Shown here in pieces: positions 1-12,106 of a stretch of 64,000 nucleotides of DNA. Each line of letters begins with the position of its first letter. The stretch's first letter is position 1. This DNA comes from Eledone cirrhosa (Eukaryota). A model generated the notes under the pieces. It was not told the origin of the DNA. It ran no database searches and saw nothing but the letters and a program-made list of their open reading frames with translations. Position numbers and translations under genes: made by a program. The stretch spans positions 8,184,001-8,248,000 of the forward strand of contig OZ024747.1 of the NCBI GenBank assembly GCA_964016885.1. The letters run 5' to 3'.

Positions 1-397
1 TTGAACCTAGGACTCACTCACACACGGGAAAGAGAAAGGGATGGACCAACAGATTCATAGCTAGTGAGATAGGAAGAGAGAAGAGAGGATAGATAGCAAG
101 ATATAAAGCCCATACTTGACATCTGGTCTCAACCTATACTTCACGTTTGGCTTGGGTCTATTACCAGCTTTGAGAGCCGACATTTTACATCTGGCCAGGG
201 TCTATTATAGGTTTGTGAGTTGTAGGGGGGGGGGGCTACATTTCACATCTAGTCAGGGCCTATTACTAGTTTTGCATAGGCTTAAATTTTACATCTGGCC
301 TGGGCCTTCTACCTGCTTTGGAAAGACTGAGTACAGTTTTGGTTATGTTTCCCATATTCTTCATTCAGTTCATTAACAACCTACACCCTGTTAATTT

Positions 398-401
<4 letters not shown>

Positions 402-437
<36 letters not shown>

Positions 438-535
438 GTTTAGAGAGAGAGAAAAAGAGAGAGAGAAAAAGAGAGAGAGAGAAAAAGAGAGAGAGTTAGA
501 GAGAGAGAGAGTGAAAGAAAGAGAGAGAGAAAGAA

Positions 536-568
<33 letters not shown>

Positions 569-647
569 GAGAAAAAGAAAGAGAAAGAGAGAAAGAGAGA
601 AAGAGAAAGAGAGAAAGAGAAAGAGAGAAAGAGAGAAAGAGAAAGAG
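402..647. repeat. (TA)n followed by (GA)n/(GAAA)n microsatellite
   Basis: Read directly from the sequence. Confidence 0.95.
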
Positions 648-1111
648 CACGTGTTTAGAAAACGGTGAGTGAAAATTGAAAATTGAATTAGAAGATTTCA
701 CAGTAACTTTTGACTGAATGCATTTTGATAAATTAGTGGTTTGCATAAGAGAAAACCTATAGTTTATGTTGGTTACTGAAACGTGGAAATGATTAAACGT
801 AAGAATATTTTAATAATTTACTTCTAGAATGTAATTACATAAATGTTGAGCATATATTTACAAATGTCATATATGATTAAATGTATGAGTAACTGGGAGA
901 AACAGTTATTTACAGGGGAAAATGTAGGATTAGAACTCTGGATCTTCTGATTGGAAAGTGGACTTCTTGTAGCAACATAACTGAGATAGGAGATGTATTG
1001 TGCGCATGTGGGTATGTTTGTATATATATATTTTGAAGGGTTACAGATTTATATATAAACCCATACTAGCGTGGAAGAGAGACGTTAAACGATGATGATG
1101 ATGATGATATA

Positions 1112-1255
1112 TATATAAGGAAAAAAGATGAAATCGAAAATGCAACTGGAGTCTTTTAAAAAAATATATATATTTTTATTTGGTTCCTTTACCGGTTTCG
1201 CAGTTCTTGTGCTTTTCAAAAGTAGAATTGAGATGGAGGGTTTGTGGTTTTTCTA
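1112..1255 (-). mobile_element. TA-embedded short element (family D, PLE pLTR-like); homologues at 38100-38222 and 54530-54700
   Basis: Shares 'aaaatgcaactgga...tcctttaccggtttc.cagttctt.tgcttttca.aagtagaattgagatggagggtttgtggttt' with the 38100 copy; flanked by TA runs. Confidence 0.65.
1187..1222 (-). ncRNA. Minimal type-I hammerhead ribozyme-like motif (U3:A8 variant)
   Basis: Minus strand reads ctt-TTGAAAA-gca-caagaac-tgc-GAAA-CCGG-TA-aag: 3-bp stems I and II, palindromic short stem III (ACCGGT). Confidence 0.5.
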
Positions 1256-1259
1256 TATA

Positions 1260-1600
1260 TCATCATTTTTCATCATCATTTTACGTCCACTTTTCCCTGC
1301 TTGCAAGGGTGGGACGGGAACTGATTCTGGCTTGATTTCTACAGCTGGATGCCCTTCCTAACACCAACCTCATTTACAGTGAATGCTGGGTGCTTTTTTG
1401 CCGTGGCACCTCCACGACCACTTCGCAGTGGAATAATATGGACCCCAGTCCCTATCATCTCATTTCTACAGCTGAGTAAACTGGAGCAATGTGAAATAAA
1501 GTGTCTTGCTCAAGGAAACAACACAACACATCTGAGAATTGAACTCACAACCTTTCGATTGCAAGGTCAATGCTCTAACCACTAACCCATCTGCCTCCAT
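1260..1600 (-). mobile_element. tRNA-headed CORE-type SINE with RTE-like 3' tail
   Basis: Minus strand has an A-box-like TGGGTTAGTGG, B-box GAGTTCAATTC and CORE-like 'tttccttgagcaagacactt'. The tail 'ggatgcccttcctaacaccaacc' and (CAT)n are shared with the RTE at 55083. Near-identical copy at 63693-64000. Confidence 0.85.
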
Positions 1601-1612
1601 ATATACATATAC

Positions 1613-1651
<39 letters not shown>

Positions 1652-1655
<4 letters not shown>

Positions 1656-1825
1656 TTCGGGGTTCAATCGGGGGTAACCACAGTAAGGTACTCAACTAAG
1701 TGTGTATACAACATCTAATATAGAAATAGCTTCTACAGGACTAGAACTGTTTCATTCAAAATAAATCATCAGAAATTTGAATGCAACAGTTCTAGTCATG
1801 TAGAAGCCATTTCTATATTAAACAT
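1652..1825 (-). mobile_element. Fold-back element (family E) with hammerhead-like core
   Basis: Inverted arms at 1717-1751 and 1785-1819. Minus strand reads CTGATGA-tttattttgaat-GAAA-cagttctagtcctgtag. Fragments recur at ~53965 and ~58158. Confidence 0.55.
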
Positions 1826-1854
1826 GATATATATACATGCACACACATTATATG

Positions 1855-1885
<31 letters not shown>

Positions 1886-1889
<4 letters not shown>

Positions 1890-1992
1890 TGGTCAAAAAG
1901 AAGCTAAACCATTTAAAAATATAACTTTTTAACAATTAATTCTTTCATTTAAAAGAATTATATTTTGAAATGGTCAAGTGACTTTTGGGCCA

Positions 1993-1997
<5 letters not shown>
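1886..1997. mobile_element. Possible Tc1/mariner-type MITE remnant
   Basis: Imperfect terminal inverted repeats (cggtggtcaaaaag...accattt / aaatggtcaagtgacttttgggccaacctg) between (CA)n and (TG)n. Confidence 0.35.
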
Positions 1998-2081
<84 letters not shown>

Positions 2082-2136
2082 TGTATGTGCGTGTATGTGT
2101 ATGTGTGTGTGTGTATGTGTGTATGTGTGTGTGTGA

Positions 2137-2170
<34 letters not shown>

Positions 2171-2547
2171 TAACACATGGTATAACATTATAGGTGATGG
2201 ATATAGTTTTGTTTAAAATATATGAGAGGAAAATGTTAATAGCTGTCATTGCCTTCAATGACTAATCTGACAAATTTTCAAACATAACTCAAGTCATTCA
2301 TATCAAGTAATGGATACAGTTCTGTTTAAACCTTCTTTTGTTATGGTAACATTACTTTAACGTCTGCACATAAATTTACTTCAATAACAATGGCTGTTTA
2401 CATGGAAAAACATCAAAGTCCTTCAATGTTTAGTTTGGCTGTTATTTAGTCACCAGGTAAAGTAGCCGGTATGTGTGTATATGTGTATATATATGCACGT
2501 TTGTGTGTCCGTATGTATGTGTATGAGATAATATATATGTGTGTGAG

Positions 2548-2580
<33 letters not shown>

Positions 2581-2675
2581 TATGTATATATATATACACA
2601 CATATGTATATATATATGTATATATGCACGTTTGTGTGTCCGTATGTATGTGTATGAGATAATATATATGTGTGA

Positions 2676-2715
<40 letters not shown>

Positions 2716-2820
2716 TATATATGTATATATATATACACACATATGTATATATATATGTATATATGCACGCTTGTGTGTCAGTATGTATGTGTATGAGATA
2801 TTGTATATATATATAAAATA

Positions 2821-3000
2821 ATTGTTTCTACTTTAGGCACAAGGCCAGCAAATACCCAGTGCATTACTGGTACTTTATTTTATCGACCCCGTAAGGATGA
2901 AATGCAAAGTCAACCTCGGCGGGATTTGAACTCAGATCGTAAAGGGACGTAACTAAGCTGGAAAGCATGGCGTCCGACCCTCTACCGATACTGCCAATCC
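2821..3000 (-). mobile_element. tRNA-derived SINE (family S1)
   Basis: Minus strand has A-box TGGCAGTATCGG, B-box GAGTTCAAATCC and a central 'tttcatccttacggggtcgataaaataaagtaccag' domain; more than 10 copies in the window. Confidence 0.9.
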
Positions 3001-3045
3001 AAAATAATAATAATAGTAATAAACGAAAGATATATAATAATAATA

Positions 3046-3580
3046 ATGAAATTATTGTGTAAAGTGCTCAGGTGCACTACAACTCGTCAATATAGTAGAT
3101 AGAATAATACACAAATGTCAGGGAAGTACATGTGTGTATGTGTTAGCTGTAGTGTTGGCGGATCTCGGGAAGCATGGAGGCCTTAAAGGATGCAGTGTCT
3201 CGACAGCTAACAACTGATGCAGGTAGTTTGTTCCATGGAGGCCTTAAAGGATGCAGTGTCTCGACAGCTAACAACTGATGCAGGTAGTTTGTTCCATGCT
3301 TCAGCAACTCTGAGCGTGAAAAAATGTTTCCGAAAGTCATGGGAACTGTGCTGTTTTCTTACTTTGTGGGCATGTCCACGTGTGTTAGACACATGGAAAT
3401 CGAAAAGGTACTCAGGGTTGTTGTTGGCAACATGGTTAACAATTTTGTGGGTGTTTACCAAGTCAGTTGCCAGGCGTCGGAGCTTCAATGTATCCAAGCA
3501 AGGCGCTCAGAGTATGGTAGATGCCTGATGGAGGGTATTCGCTTGGTTGCACGTCTCTGAACAGTTTCCAGGCGGTCTCT
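3046..3580 (-). mobile_element. CR1/L2-group LINE, 5'-truncated ORF2 C-terminus plus 3' UTR
   Basis: Translates to LETVQRRATKRIPSIRHLPYSERL...TLKLRRLATDL...NTRGH...RKHFFTLRVAEAWNKLP, a typical CR1 C-terminus. Has a frameshift, a ~60-bp internal tandem duplication and a (TTA)n tail. Confidence 0.85.
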
Positions 3581-3778
3581 ATTTATTTCATTATATATAT
3601 TTCGAAGATGTAAAGTTTTATGTATAACATAAAGCAAAACATGTCCTCCTCGGATAAAATACATAGAAAATATATAATTTGGGCCTGGTATGCTGGTAGA
3701 CAAACGAACTGGGCAGATCGGTGACCACCAATCAACTAACTCTTTTTACAATTTATATATATATATATATATATATAT

Positions 3779-3974
3779 AACGAAGGAAATGTGGTAAGGA
3801 ACCAGGTGGACCATAACGCACCAAAGTACTCAATACTTGGGGTAGTAGAGTGGGTAATAGGAGCCAGTAAGACCCCGACAGCTGAGCTCAAGCCGTTTCG
3901 ACGGCTAATTCTGGACCTAGTCCAGAATTAGCCGTCGAAACGGCTTGAGCTCAGCTGTCGGGGTCTTACTAGTT

Positions 3975-3977
<3 letters not shown>
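3779..3977 (-). mobile_element. TA-embedded fold-back element (family A)
   Basis: ~60-bp inverted arms centred at ~3917 plus an ~80-nt extension ending 'ttccttcgtt'; (TA)n on both sides. Confidence 0.8.
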
Positions 3978-4018
<41 letters not shown>

Positions 4019-4406
4019 AAATTCCGATCGTGGTGCCAAACAGTTTTGGTTTGTGTCCACAAACTATAGAAAAACCAACACAAACACAATGTGCTTCCAG
4101 ATATTGCTCACACACTTTCTTCAAGGACATCTCCAGGGGCCAAGCAGGATGCTGGCGGGGCCTATCCTTCTTCAGGTTGCCGATGTTTTCGAGAGAGAGA
4201 TTTATCAACCCCAGAAGGATCAAAGGTAAAATTGATCTCGTTGAGATTTGAACGCAGTGCTCAGGAACACAGATCGAAGCGTTGTTAATCCAACGCCATA
4301 ACAGTTCTGTCAATTTTACATATGCCTTGTTTTACATAAACGTACAACTTTAAGTGATTATATAGTATTTTTAGATGCGTGTGCATATAAAAATCAACAT
4401 ACATGT

Positions 4407-4451
<45 letters not shown>

Positions 4452-4454
<3 letters not shown>

Positions 4455-4660
4455 CTTTGTTTAGAAATGGCTAGCGAATTTGTAAATTAGGTAGTAACAT
4501 GTGCTTACGCCGTATTTGACTAAATAGAATTAGTCTTACTTGGGATTTAAAAAAAAGCCCTCTGAATGGAAAACAAAAGGATGAGTATTGACGTAGATGG
4601 AACACGAAACCACGTCTTTAGTTTACCGGTTTAATGTGTTACCATTACACCAACACGCCA
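4452..4660 (-). mobile_element. tRNA-like-headed element/pseudogene ending in (TA)n
   Basis: Minus 4659-4589 GGCGTGTTGGTGTAATGGTAACAC...GTGGTTTCGTGTTCCATCTACGTCA gives a degenerate cloverleaf. The downstream part resembles 45545-45695. Confidence 0.4.
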
Positions 4661-5804
4661 TCCATGCTTCCTTCCATTCAATTGGAATCTGAAGTATATT
4701 ATATCACGTGTCACTAGGTATGTGTTCAGTTGTATACAGAATTAGTAGAGCTCAAAACCCCCACACCCAAACATCGGTAAAATTGATCAGATTTGAAACA
4801 CACGAAACAGTGTTTCTCACCCGTTTTGGCCCATGTCATGTCCCATTTCGGTTTCGCCGAAAAATTGTGCACCCTGTCATTGGTCAAAGTTAGTGTACAA
4901 CGTAGTATATAGCATAGTATGTATGCCCAGTTCTGAAGTCCCATGGCCCACCATGATCGAATAAAGTTACTCGTATATAGTATGTCACGACCGGTAGATA
5001 GTATTAGCAATTAGAAAGACCAATGGAAACATTGTTTCCTAGGTCCGATTTGACGAAAGTCGATCGTCTGTCGATATAGTATGGTATATAGCATATGGAA
5101 CAAAGTAGTGAAGACCAACCTTAGGAAGCCGTTAAGTTCATAATAAAAACTGGTAAATTCATGAAAATGGAACTATGACAGTGACCCGATCGTAAACAGC
5201 GTGACGAACATTTTTTGACACCAGGAAATAAATGATAAATGGACAGCGAATATAATATTTTTTGTGTGTTTTTGTATGACTAAAATTAATCACTCTTTCA
5301 CGGTGTTATTGCTTTAGTTTATAGAGTAAGCTGAGTGCATTTTATCGTAGTACCAACACATATATGCATATATGTACATGTGTATAAGACATCTGTCTGT
5401 AACTACACAAAAACACTTTTTTCTCTTTTCTCTATATAATCGGAAAGTTATTGGAGAATTGTGGAGACCATATTTCATGAACTTTTATGTCTCTACAAAC
5501 AATCTGTTATTGATGATGGCTTATTTTATTTTCTTTAAATTCTATATATTATATTTTAAATTTATCATTAAAACATGAAAATGGTGATATTTAGAGTGGC
5601 AGTCATTGACTTTACATCCGTCCAACTGTGCAATCTTAATAGCAGGAACCCACGTTGCAGTCTCAATGCAACGTTTCTCTCTCTTCACTGGAAAATAGTT
5701 TTCCTTTTTATTTTTCATCAAATTTATTTGTACAGAATATCAATTGTAAATCAATGATAAGTGTCAGAGAGAGAAGATTTCAATCATTGGTAATTGTTTA
5801 AATC

Positions 5805-5992
5805 ATCATTATCTTTTACGTCCACATTTCGTGCAGGCGTGGGTTGGATGGGCTGTAATAGTCTGTGATTAGACTTGTTGAAGCAATTTGATTCTTAATC
5901 ACACCTTTCATATTTGGCAGGTTTTTTTATGGTTGAACTCCTTTCGTAACTACGACTTTACTTGGTTTACTGGGTGTGTTTTTTCGTGGCAC
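5805..5992 (-). mobile_element. Degenerate RTE/SINE 3' tail
   Basis: 'catcattatcttttacgtccacatttc...gggttggatggg' resembles the tails at 1260 and 55083. Confidence 0.5.
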
Positions 5993-6059
5993 CCCTCTTT
6001 CAATTATATATTAAAATAATTTTGAAAACAATTGTCATTTTCTAGTTCGTTCCTCATAC

Positions 6060-6180
6060 TTGGCAGAGTTTTTAAATGCTTCGGTATATTATTTTAGTTC
6101 ACTGCTCTCCGAGTTCAAATCTTACCGTGGTCAATTTTGCTTTTCACCCTTTTTGGGTCGATAAAATAAACTACGTGACC
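6060..6180 (+). mobile_element. Degenerate S1 SINE
   Basis: tggcagag...gagttcaaatc...gggtcgataaaataaa. Confidence 0.6.
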
Positions 6181-6624
6181 AGGAGCGGTGGATTTGCAGA
6201 ATTGTTAATGAGTCGGTATCTGACTCGATTCTGAGCTTGTTGAATTCAAATCTCGCCAGGAGTTGCAACATGCAGATAGAACCAGCAATGGAAAAAAATG
6301 GAGACTTTGATCCGATCTGACAATCGGCTTCTCCCCCCCCCCTTTCCTTTTTTTTCTCGTTTTTTTTTTCAATCTCAGTAATAAACAAGTTAACATATCA
6401 TCGTCATCGTTTAAAGACCACTTTTCCATGCTAGCATCAGTTGGAGAGGACGTCACAGATTAAGTCAGCAGTCAATCATGGGTAAAGGACTGCATCTCGC
6501 TTTACTATCCGTTTTAGGCAGCACCTTTTTTCTATGTGCATTGTGTTGTGGTTTTACAAACTCTAAGCACTACTTTCCCCCAGTGGCAGAATCTTTGTCT
6601 GCGTCATTGGACTGATGGATAATA

Positions 6625-6804
6625 ATTGTTTCTACTTTTGGCACAAGGCCAGCAATTACCCAGTGCATTACTGGTACTTTATTTTATCAACCCTGTAAGG
6701 ATGAAAGGCAAAGTTAACCTCGGCGGGATTTGAACCCAGACCATAAAGGGACGTAACTCTTTGCTATAAAGCATGGCGTCCGACCCTCTACCGATACTGC
6801 CAAT
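6625..6804 (-). mobile_element. S1 SINE
   Basis: High identity to 2821-3000. Confidence 0.9.
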
Positions 6805-7247
6805 ACACATGAGAATGAAATCTTGTCTTTAACTTCTGTAAAGATTTAACAGAAAATAGTTTGGTTATAAACATGTTTATAATAACTTTACTAGTCAACA
6901 AATTGTGAAAATGTGTAGTACAAGACGAAAGCCTGAAGCCATAATGTTGTTTTGTACGTTTTAAGAATGTTTCACTGGTAGTACAGATCGTTAAGAGTTA
7001 AAACATGCCTATTGCTTTTACCTATTGGCTTTAAAGACAAGATATACTAACTGTATCAGCTTTAATTTCTGAACATTTTGACTTGGCTGATATTGTTGAA
7101 GTTGGCTCTTTTGATTGTTGTTCTTAGATGTTAAACATTATTCGGAGTTTTTATCTACGAACTGAAAGGATATTTCAAGTAATTGAAGTTTTCCAACTCA
7201 CTGTATGTGAGACTAAACCATATTATAAATACATACACACACACATG

Positions 7248-7306
<59 letters not shown>

Positions 7307-7313
<7 letters not shown>

Positions 7314-7765
7314 AATAACAGGAGGCTGGACTTGTGTAAATCCTTGAAAGGTTTATTATACTATGATCATTTCAATGACCGGGTTCAGTATGAATCCGGT
7401 AATATCATCAGGTATTCGAGGGCGACCGACTGAGGTAGAAGCGGCTAAATAGTCGGTCGTCCTCTTGTCTCTGATTTTCAGCTCCATGGATTTTATCTGT
7501 TATATTCCATATTTTGAATACCTGATGATATCACCGGATTCATACTGAACCCGGTCATTGAAATGATCATAGTATAATAAACCTTTCAAGGATTTACACA
7601 AGTCCAGCCTCCTGTTATTTTATAATAATTGACTCCGTACTCGCACCACCAACTACACAACCGAAGAGGGGGTGAGTTGCATTACGTTGAGTGCTCTCCA
7701 TATTATTACATCGAGATTGACCATACGGAATGACCAGTTCTATCCAGTGGTGAACCAACTAACAT
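7307..7765 (+). mobile_element. PLE pseudo-LTR-like fold-back (family F)
   Basis: ~110-bp inverted arms at 7307-7417 and 7516-7628, then an ~135-nt extension; (TA)n on both sides; a hammerhead motif in each arm. Confidence 0.75.
7518..7575 (+). ncRNA. Minimal type-I hammerhead ribozyme (inverted copy at 7358-7415, minus strand)
   Basis: atac-CTGATGA-t[atc accgg a ttca tac tgaa c ccggt cat]t-GAAA-T-GATC-A-TA-gtat: stem I atac/gtat and palindromic stem-III loop GATC. Confidence 0.7.
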
Positions 7766-7790
7766 TATATATATATATATATATATATAT

Positions 7791-7855
<65 letters not shown>

Positions 7856-7904
7856 ATGGCGAAAATGTACACAAACAGTATATCTAATATACACCTACTC
7901 TACA

Positions 7905-8990
7905 AAAATCTCATGAACCAGAACTTAAAAACGATATCACAGAATTTTGTCGTAAACTAAGATTAACTGAACATTTCATTGAAAAAGAAAGTTGATGACG
8001 AATCAAAAATCCAAAGTAAATGTGAGAAATGAAACACTGGATTTTTTTATGATTACTTATCTATTTTTCTAATCGATACTGTAGAAAAGATGAATATAAA
8101 GCCATATTTTTCAAGACTAGAATGGGCAAACCTCAAAGAACTACTTACTTCGTCTTGGCCCACTTATTCTTGGGGGTGCCAGAGTACCACCAGACACTGG
8201 CATTGTAATTAAGGATTTACAGTTGTCAAGAGATAAGACCTATTACGAAAAGGCAACCCAATATAAAAACTCCAACGTAATGGGAAAACTGAGTAGGATC
8301 AGACGCCATGCTTTACAGCATAGTTAAGTACCTTTACATTCTGAGATCAAATCCCGCCGAGTTTAACTTTTCCTTCCATCCTTACGGGGTCGATAAAATA
8401 AAGTACCAGTAATGTACTGAGATAATTACTGGCCTTGTGCCAAAAGTAGAAACAATTATTAAATCTGTATCGAATATGTTCGACAGATAAAAAAAAATGG
8501 ATTATTTAATGAAGTTCATATATAAAACCAGCAACTTTTATGGCTTAACTAAGGTCCATAAAAATAAGCAAAGACGCGAAGCATACAAAAAATCTAAATC
8601 TAAATACATTGAATTACTTTCACCACAAGACCTGAAACTGAGACCTATTGTGACAGGTCTAACATAAAAACCAAACCCCCCAAAAACCCAACATATTTCG
8701 GGAAACAACCATGGGTACCAATGTAGCACCAACATGTGTAAATCTATTTGTAGGTTACCACGAAAACAAAATTTATGAAGAGTTACAAAGAAACTTTAGA
8801 GTCGACTTTTATTCATACATAAAAGGGAATTGGAAAAAGGTTTATTGGTGACTTTTTTTATCTTGTAGAAAGAAACGGTAGATAAACTAGAGGAATTTTA
8901 AACACAATAAATGCCACCATTCAATTTACGATGAAATTTAGCAAGGAAGAATTCCACATTTCTTGTATTTTAATAAAGAGAAGACATGGA
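7905..8990 (+). pseudogene. Decayed Penelope-like element reverse transcriptase
   Basis: Fragments translate to ELKNDITEFCRKLRLTEHF; FYGLTKVHK...LKLRPIV; TMGT..APTCVNLFVGY; RFIGDFF; NTINATIQFTMKFSKE. These match PLE RT motifs (YGLPKIHK, LRPIV, GxxMG, RYxDD, IxFT). Many stops and frameshifts. Confidence 0.75.
8285..8458 (+). mobile_element. S1 SINE inserted in the PLE RT remnant
   Basis: gacgccatgcttt...caaatcccgccgag...ggggtcgataaaataaagtaccag...gtagaaacaat. Confidence 0.85.
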
Positions 8991-9079
8991 TGGGTTGGAA
9001 CGTATCTCTCAGTGACTTTATACTAATCAGACGGATGACCTTTTTCTGGATATGGTCTAAGATGTATGTGTGGTAGCAG

Positions 9080-9330
9080 CACCACATCGAATACTACGGG
9101 AGAACTTCTCTATTGTGCGTTTTAGCTGAATATTTGAGGGGATCAGAAGTTGCTGGGAGCCGAACTATTTCCGGCTCTACGGAGAACGACCAGTCTGTTA
9201 GATGCAGTTCTAGGTACATTTAGGATGTGTGTTTCACATGAGAGATCCTTAATGAGAAGCGTATCATTTGGAGCGAACACAAAGTCTCTTCTAACATCAT
9301 GCTGTTCATGTTTAAAGGTGGAGAGGTGCA
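9080..9330 (-). mobile_element. Very decayed LINE (CR1/Jockey-like) ORF2 fragment
   Basis: KDLSCETHILNVPRTASNRLVVLRR resembles the post-RT 'LsW..HI......A...L..LRR' motif. Confidence 0.35.
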
Positions 9331-9559
9331 GTGATGTTTTAGTTCTATACACAAACAACCAACAAAGCAAATAGAATATAGCAGAAAATAAATCAGATTT
9401 TTCACTGATTTGGTTTCAGTTATTCAACTGGACAGTGGTCATAGAGGGGGAACGTCTTAACGAGTTTCGATAATCATATCGATGCCAACACTTATTTCAA
9501 TCTATTAACTATTATTGGTCTCTGTTTGTTGAACTACTACGTCACAGCAGAAAAGAAAG

Positions 9560-9780
9560 AACACACACACACATACACACGCAATTGCACACATACATAT
9601 ACACGCAACTGCAAACGTACATACACACGCAACTGCACACATACATATACACGCAACTGCAAACATACATACATACTCACGCAACTGCACACGTACATAC
9701 ACACGCAACTGCACGCGTACATACACACACAACTGCACACATACATATACACGCAACTGCACTCTCACACATGCACACAC
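9560..9780. repeat. ~24-bp minisatellite (acacgcaactgcacacatacat-like)
   Basis: About 8 imperfect tandem copies. Confidence 0.8.
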
Positions 9781-9906
9781 TGAATGAATTGCAATTATTG
9801 TTTTTCAAGAAATTGTCCACTGACCGAGTCAACTCTTTCTCGAGTAATGTCTGGTCTCTGTTAGAATATGTATGTGTTTGTGTATATATATATATATATA
9901 TATATG

Positions 9907-10012
9907 AGAGAGTATGACCCCGACGGCAGAGCTCAAGAAATAGCCGTCGACACGGCTTGAGCTCTGCCGTCGGGGTCATACTCTCTCCTATTACCCACTC
10001 TACTACCCTAAT
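9907..10012 (+). mobile_element. Family A fold-back element (truncated)
   Basis: gagagtatgaccccgacggcagagctcaag / cttgagctctgccgtcggggtcatactctc after (TA)n. Confidence 0.8.
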
Positions 10013-10128
10013 CACTAATACTCTTTTATTCCTATTTTTAAACCATTTTTCAACTGTGAACAATTTGTCAGCATTTTCTATTCCGTTTACCAATATATAA
10101 TAACTTGTGTGTTACACCTCTATTCTTT

Positions 10129-10164
<36 letters not shown>

Positions 10165-10166
<2 letters not shown>

Positions 10167-10645
10167 GTAAAAGTTGTATTTAAATTGTTGGGATACAACA
10201 AGCAAATATTTTTATAACTGATATAAAGCACTCAACAAATAATTGGAGTAAAAAACGATATTAACAAATGGAAACTATATTTATAAAACCATATTTATTT
10301 CATTATACATATTTCAAGGACACCAAGTTAAATTATGGTGTGCTTTCTTCAGATAAAATATAATATAGAGCAGTTTTATAAATAAATATTGACATACCCT
10401 TAAAGAATGCAACCATTATTTAAAAATATCCAATACTAATTTACATAATAGTATAAATAAAGTTATAACCCCACTAACCGGGACCTTCCAACAGTAATGG
10501 TTGCATTCTTTAAGGGTATGTCAATATTTATTTAAAAAACTGCTCTATATTATATTTTATCTGATGAAAGCACACTATAATTTAACTTGGTGTCCTTGAA
10601 ATATGTATAATGAAATAAATATGGTTTTATAAATATAGTTTCCAT
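10165..10645 (-). mobile_element. PLE pseudo-LTR-like fold-back (family G)
   Basis: ~150-bp inverted arms at 10268-10418 and 10495-10645, with a ~100-nt extension running to (TA)n at 10162. Confidence 0.7.
10555..10615 (+). ncRNA. Type-I hammerhead ribozyme (inverted copy at 10298-10358 with CTGAAGA)
   Basis: ttttat-CTGATGA-aagcacac...gtgtcctt-GAAA-T-ATGT-A-TA-atgaaa: 6-bp stem I, 7/8-bp stem II, short stem III. Confidence 0.7.
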
Positions 10646-10649
10646 AAAT

Positions 10650-11555
10650 TATTTGGAAATCATAGGCAGTGTCATTATAAATATGGTGACAAAGGGTTAA
10701 AGTGTTTATATTTATCTATAAACCTTCTGTCATAATTTTATGTAAGAAACTTTGTTAAGTTACGTTCCAAACACTAGCCTATTTTCAAAATTATCTGAAA
10801 ATCAGAGGCAGTGTCTTTCATTATAAATATGGTGACAAAAGGGTTAAAGTGTTTATATTTACCTAAAAACCTTCTGTCATAATTTTATGTAAGAAACTTT
10901 GTTAAGTTACGTTCCAAACACTAGCCTATTTTCAAAATTATCTGAAAATCAGAGGCAGAGTATTTTATTAAAAATATGGTAACGAAAGGGTTAACTACAA
11001 GATGTAATAGATAGGGCTTAAATACTTTATACATCACAATCATACATGTTATATATACTACCTACATGAAATCATGAGAGTCATGTTTTGTTGTTTTTTA
11101 CATCTTTCAGATATGTTTTTCTACTTTCTTCTCCAAGTATGTTTCTATTATTTATAAACTCCAGTTGATATCTAATAGCCATAGGTTCCACAATACAAAA
11201 TTCTCTGTTTTAAATTATTCATATTTATCTAAAAGTCTTCCATATTGATTCTATGTTATAACCTTTATTAAGCCAAATTATGTTCCAAACACCAGTTTGA
11301 TAATGAGAAAGTTAGTTATATTACTAAGTCCTTCAAATTCCTGATTATTTTCAAAATTATTTGAAAACCATAGGCAGTGTCTTTTATTAGAAATATGGCA
11401 ATGAAAGAGTTCATGCATTTATATTTATCTAAAAACCTTCCACCATAATTTTATGTTCCATACAATATCTTAATGATAAAGTTAGTTATATTACTAAATT
11501 CTTTGAAAATCATAGGCAGTCTTTCATTAGAAATATGGTAAGGAAAGAGTTAAAT
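10650..11555. mobile_element. Tandemly repeated piggyBac-like MITE ends (~148-bp units)
   Basis: Repeated 'ggcagtgtc.ttcatta.aaatatggt.ac.aaagggTTAA' at ~10700, 10848, 10994, 11412 and 11553. The same terminus is tandemised in reverse at 63510-63690. Confidence 0.55.
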
Positions 11556-12106
11556 TAATCCAAATAGAATTTAAAATCAGAACCAATCTAGTTGCAGTGT
11601 GTGTGTGGATCAGACATCAAATCAGATATTTCATTTTCATTTTGGAACATTCCTTTGAAAGCATAACAACAAAATGAAGTTGATATTCAAAAGTAGATAT
11701 TGAGAGAGAAGAGAGAAATATGAAACAAAAATATCTAAAGAGAAAACTACTTTAATGATGAGTGGTTTGCTTCTAATCTGCTGCTTCACTTGAAATAACT
11801 TGTCTTTAGAGTGGCATCGGGAGAAAATCTCTTAACTTGTTCCAGTAAATGTACACCAGGCTTTGATCAATAAAAGCTGTAAGAGATATGTTAATCTCAT
11901 AATACAACAACAGCAAGTTAAAGAGTTAAGGAAAAAAAGGAAAGGAGATGGTTGTGTGATTAGACCAATGGAACCATGCTTCCATTTGTCTTTCCACTAC
12001 TGATACTATCTGCTGGTCACAACTACTAGCTGAAGCTGTGTTCATACACAAACACACACACTCACACTCACACTGACCAGCAGATAGTAACAGTAATAGA
12101 AAGATA

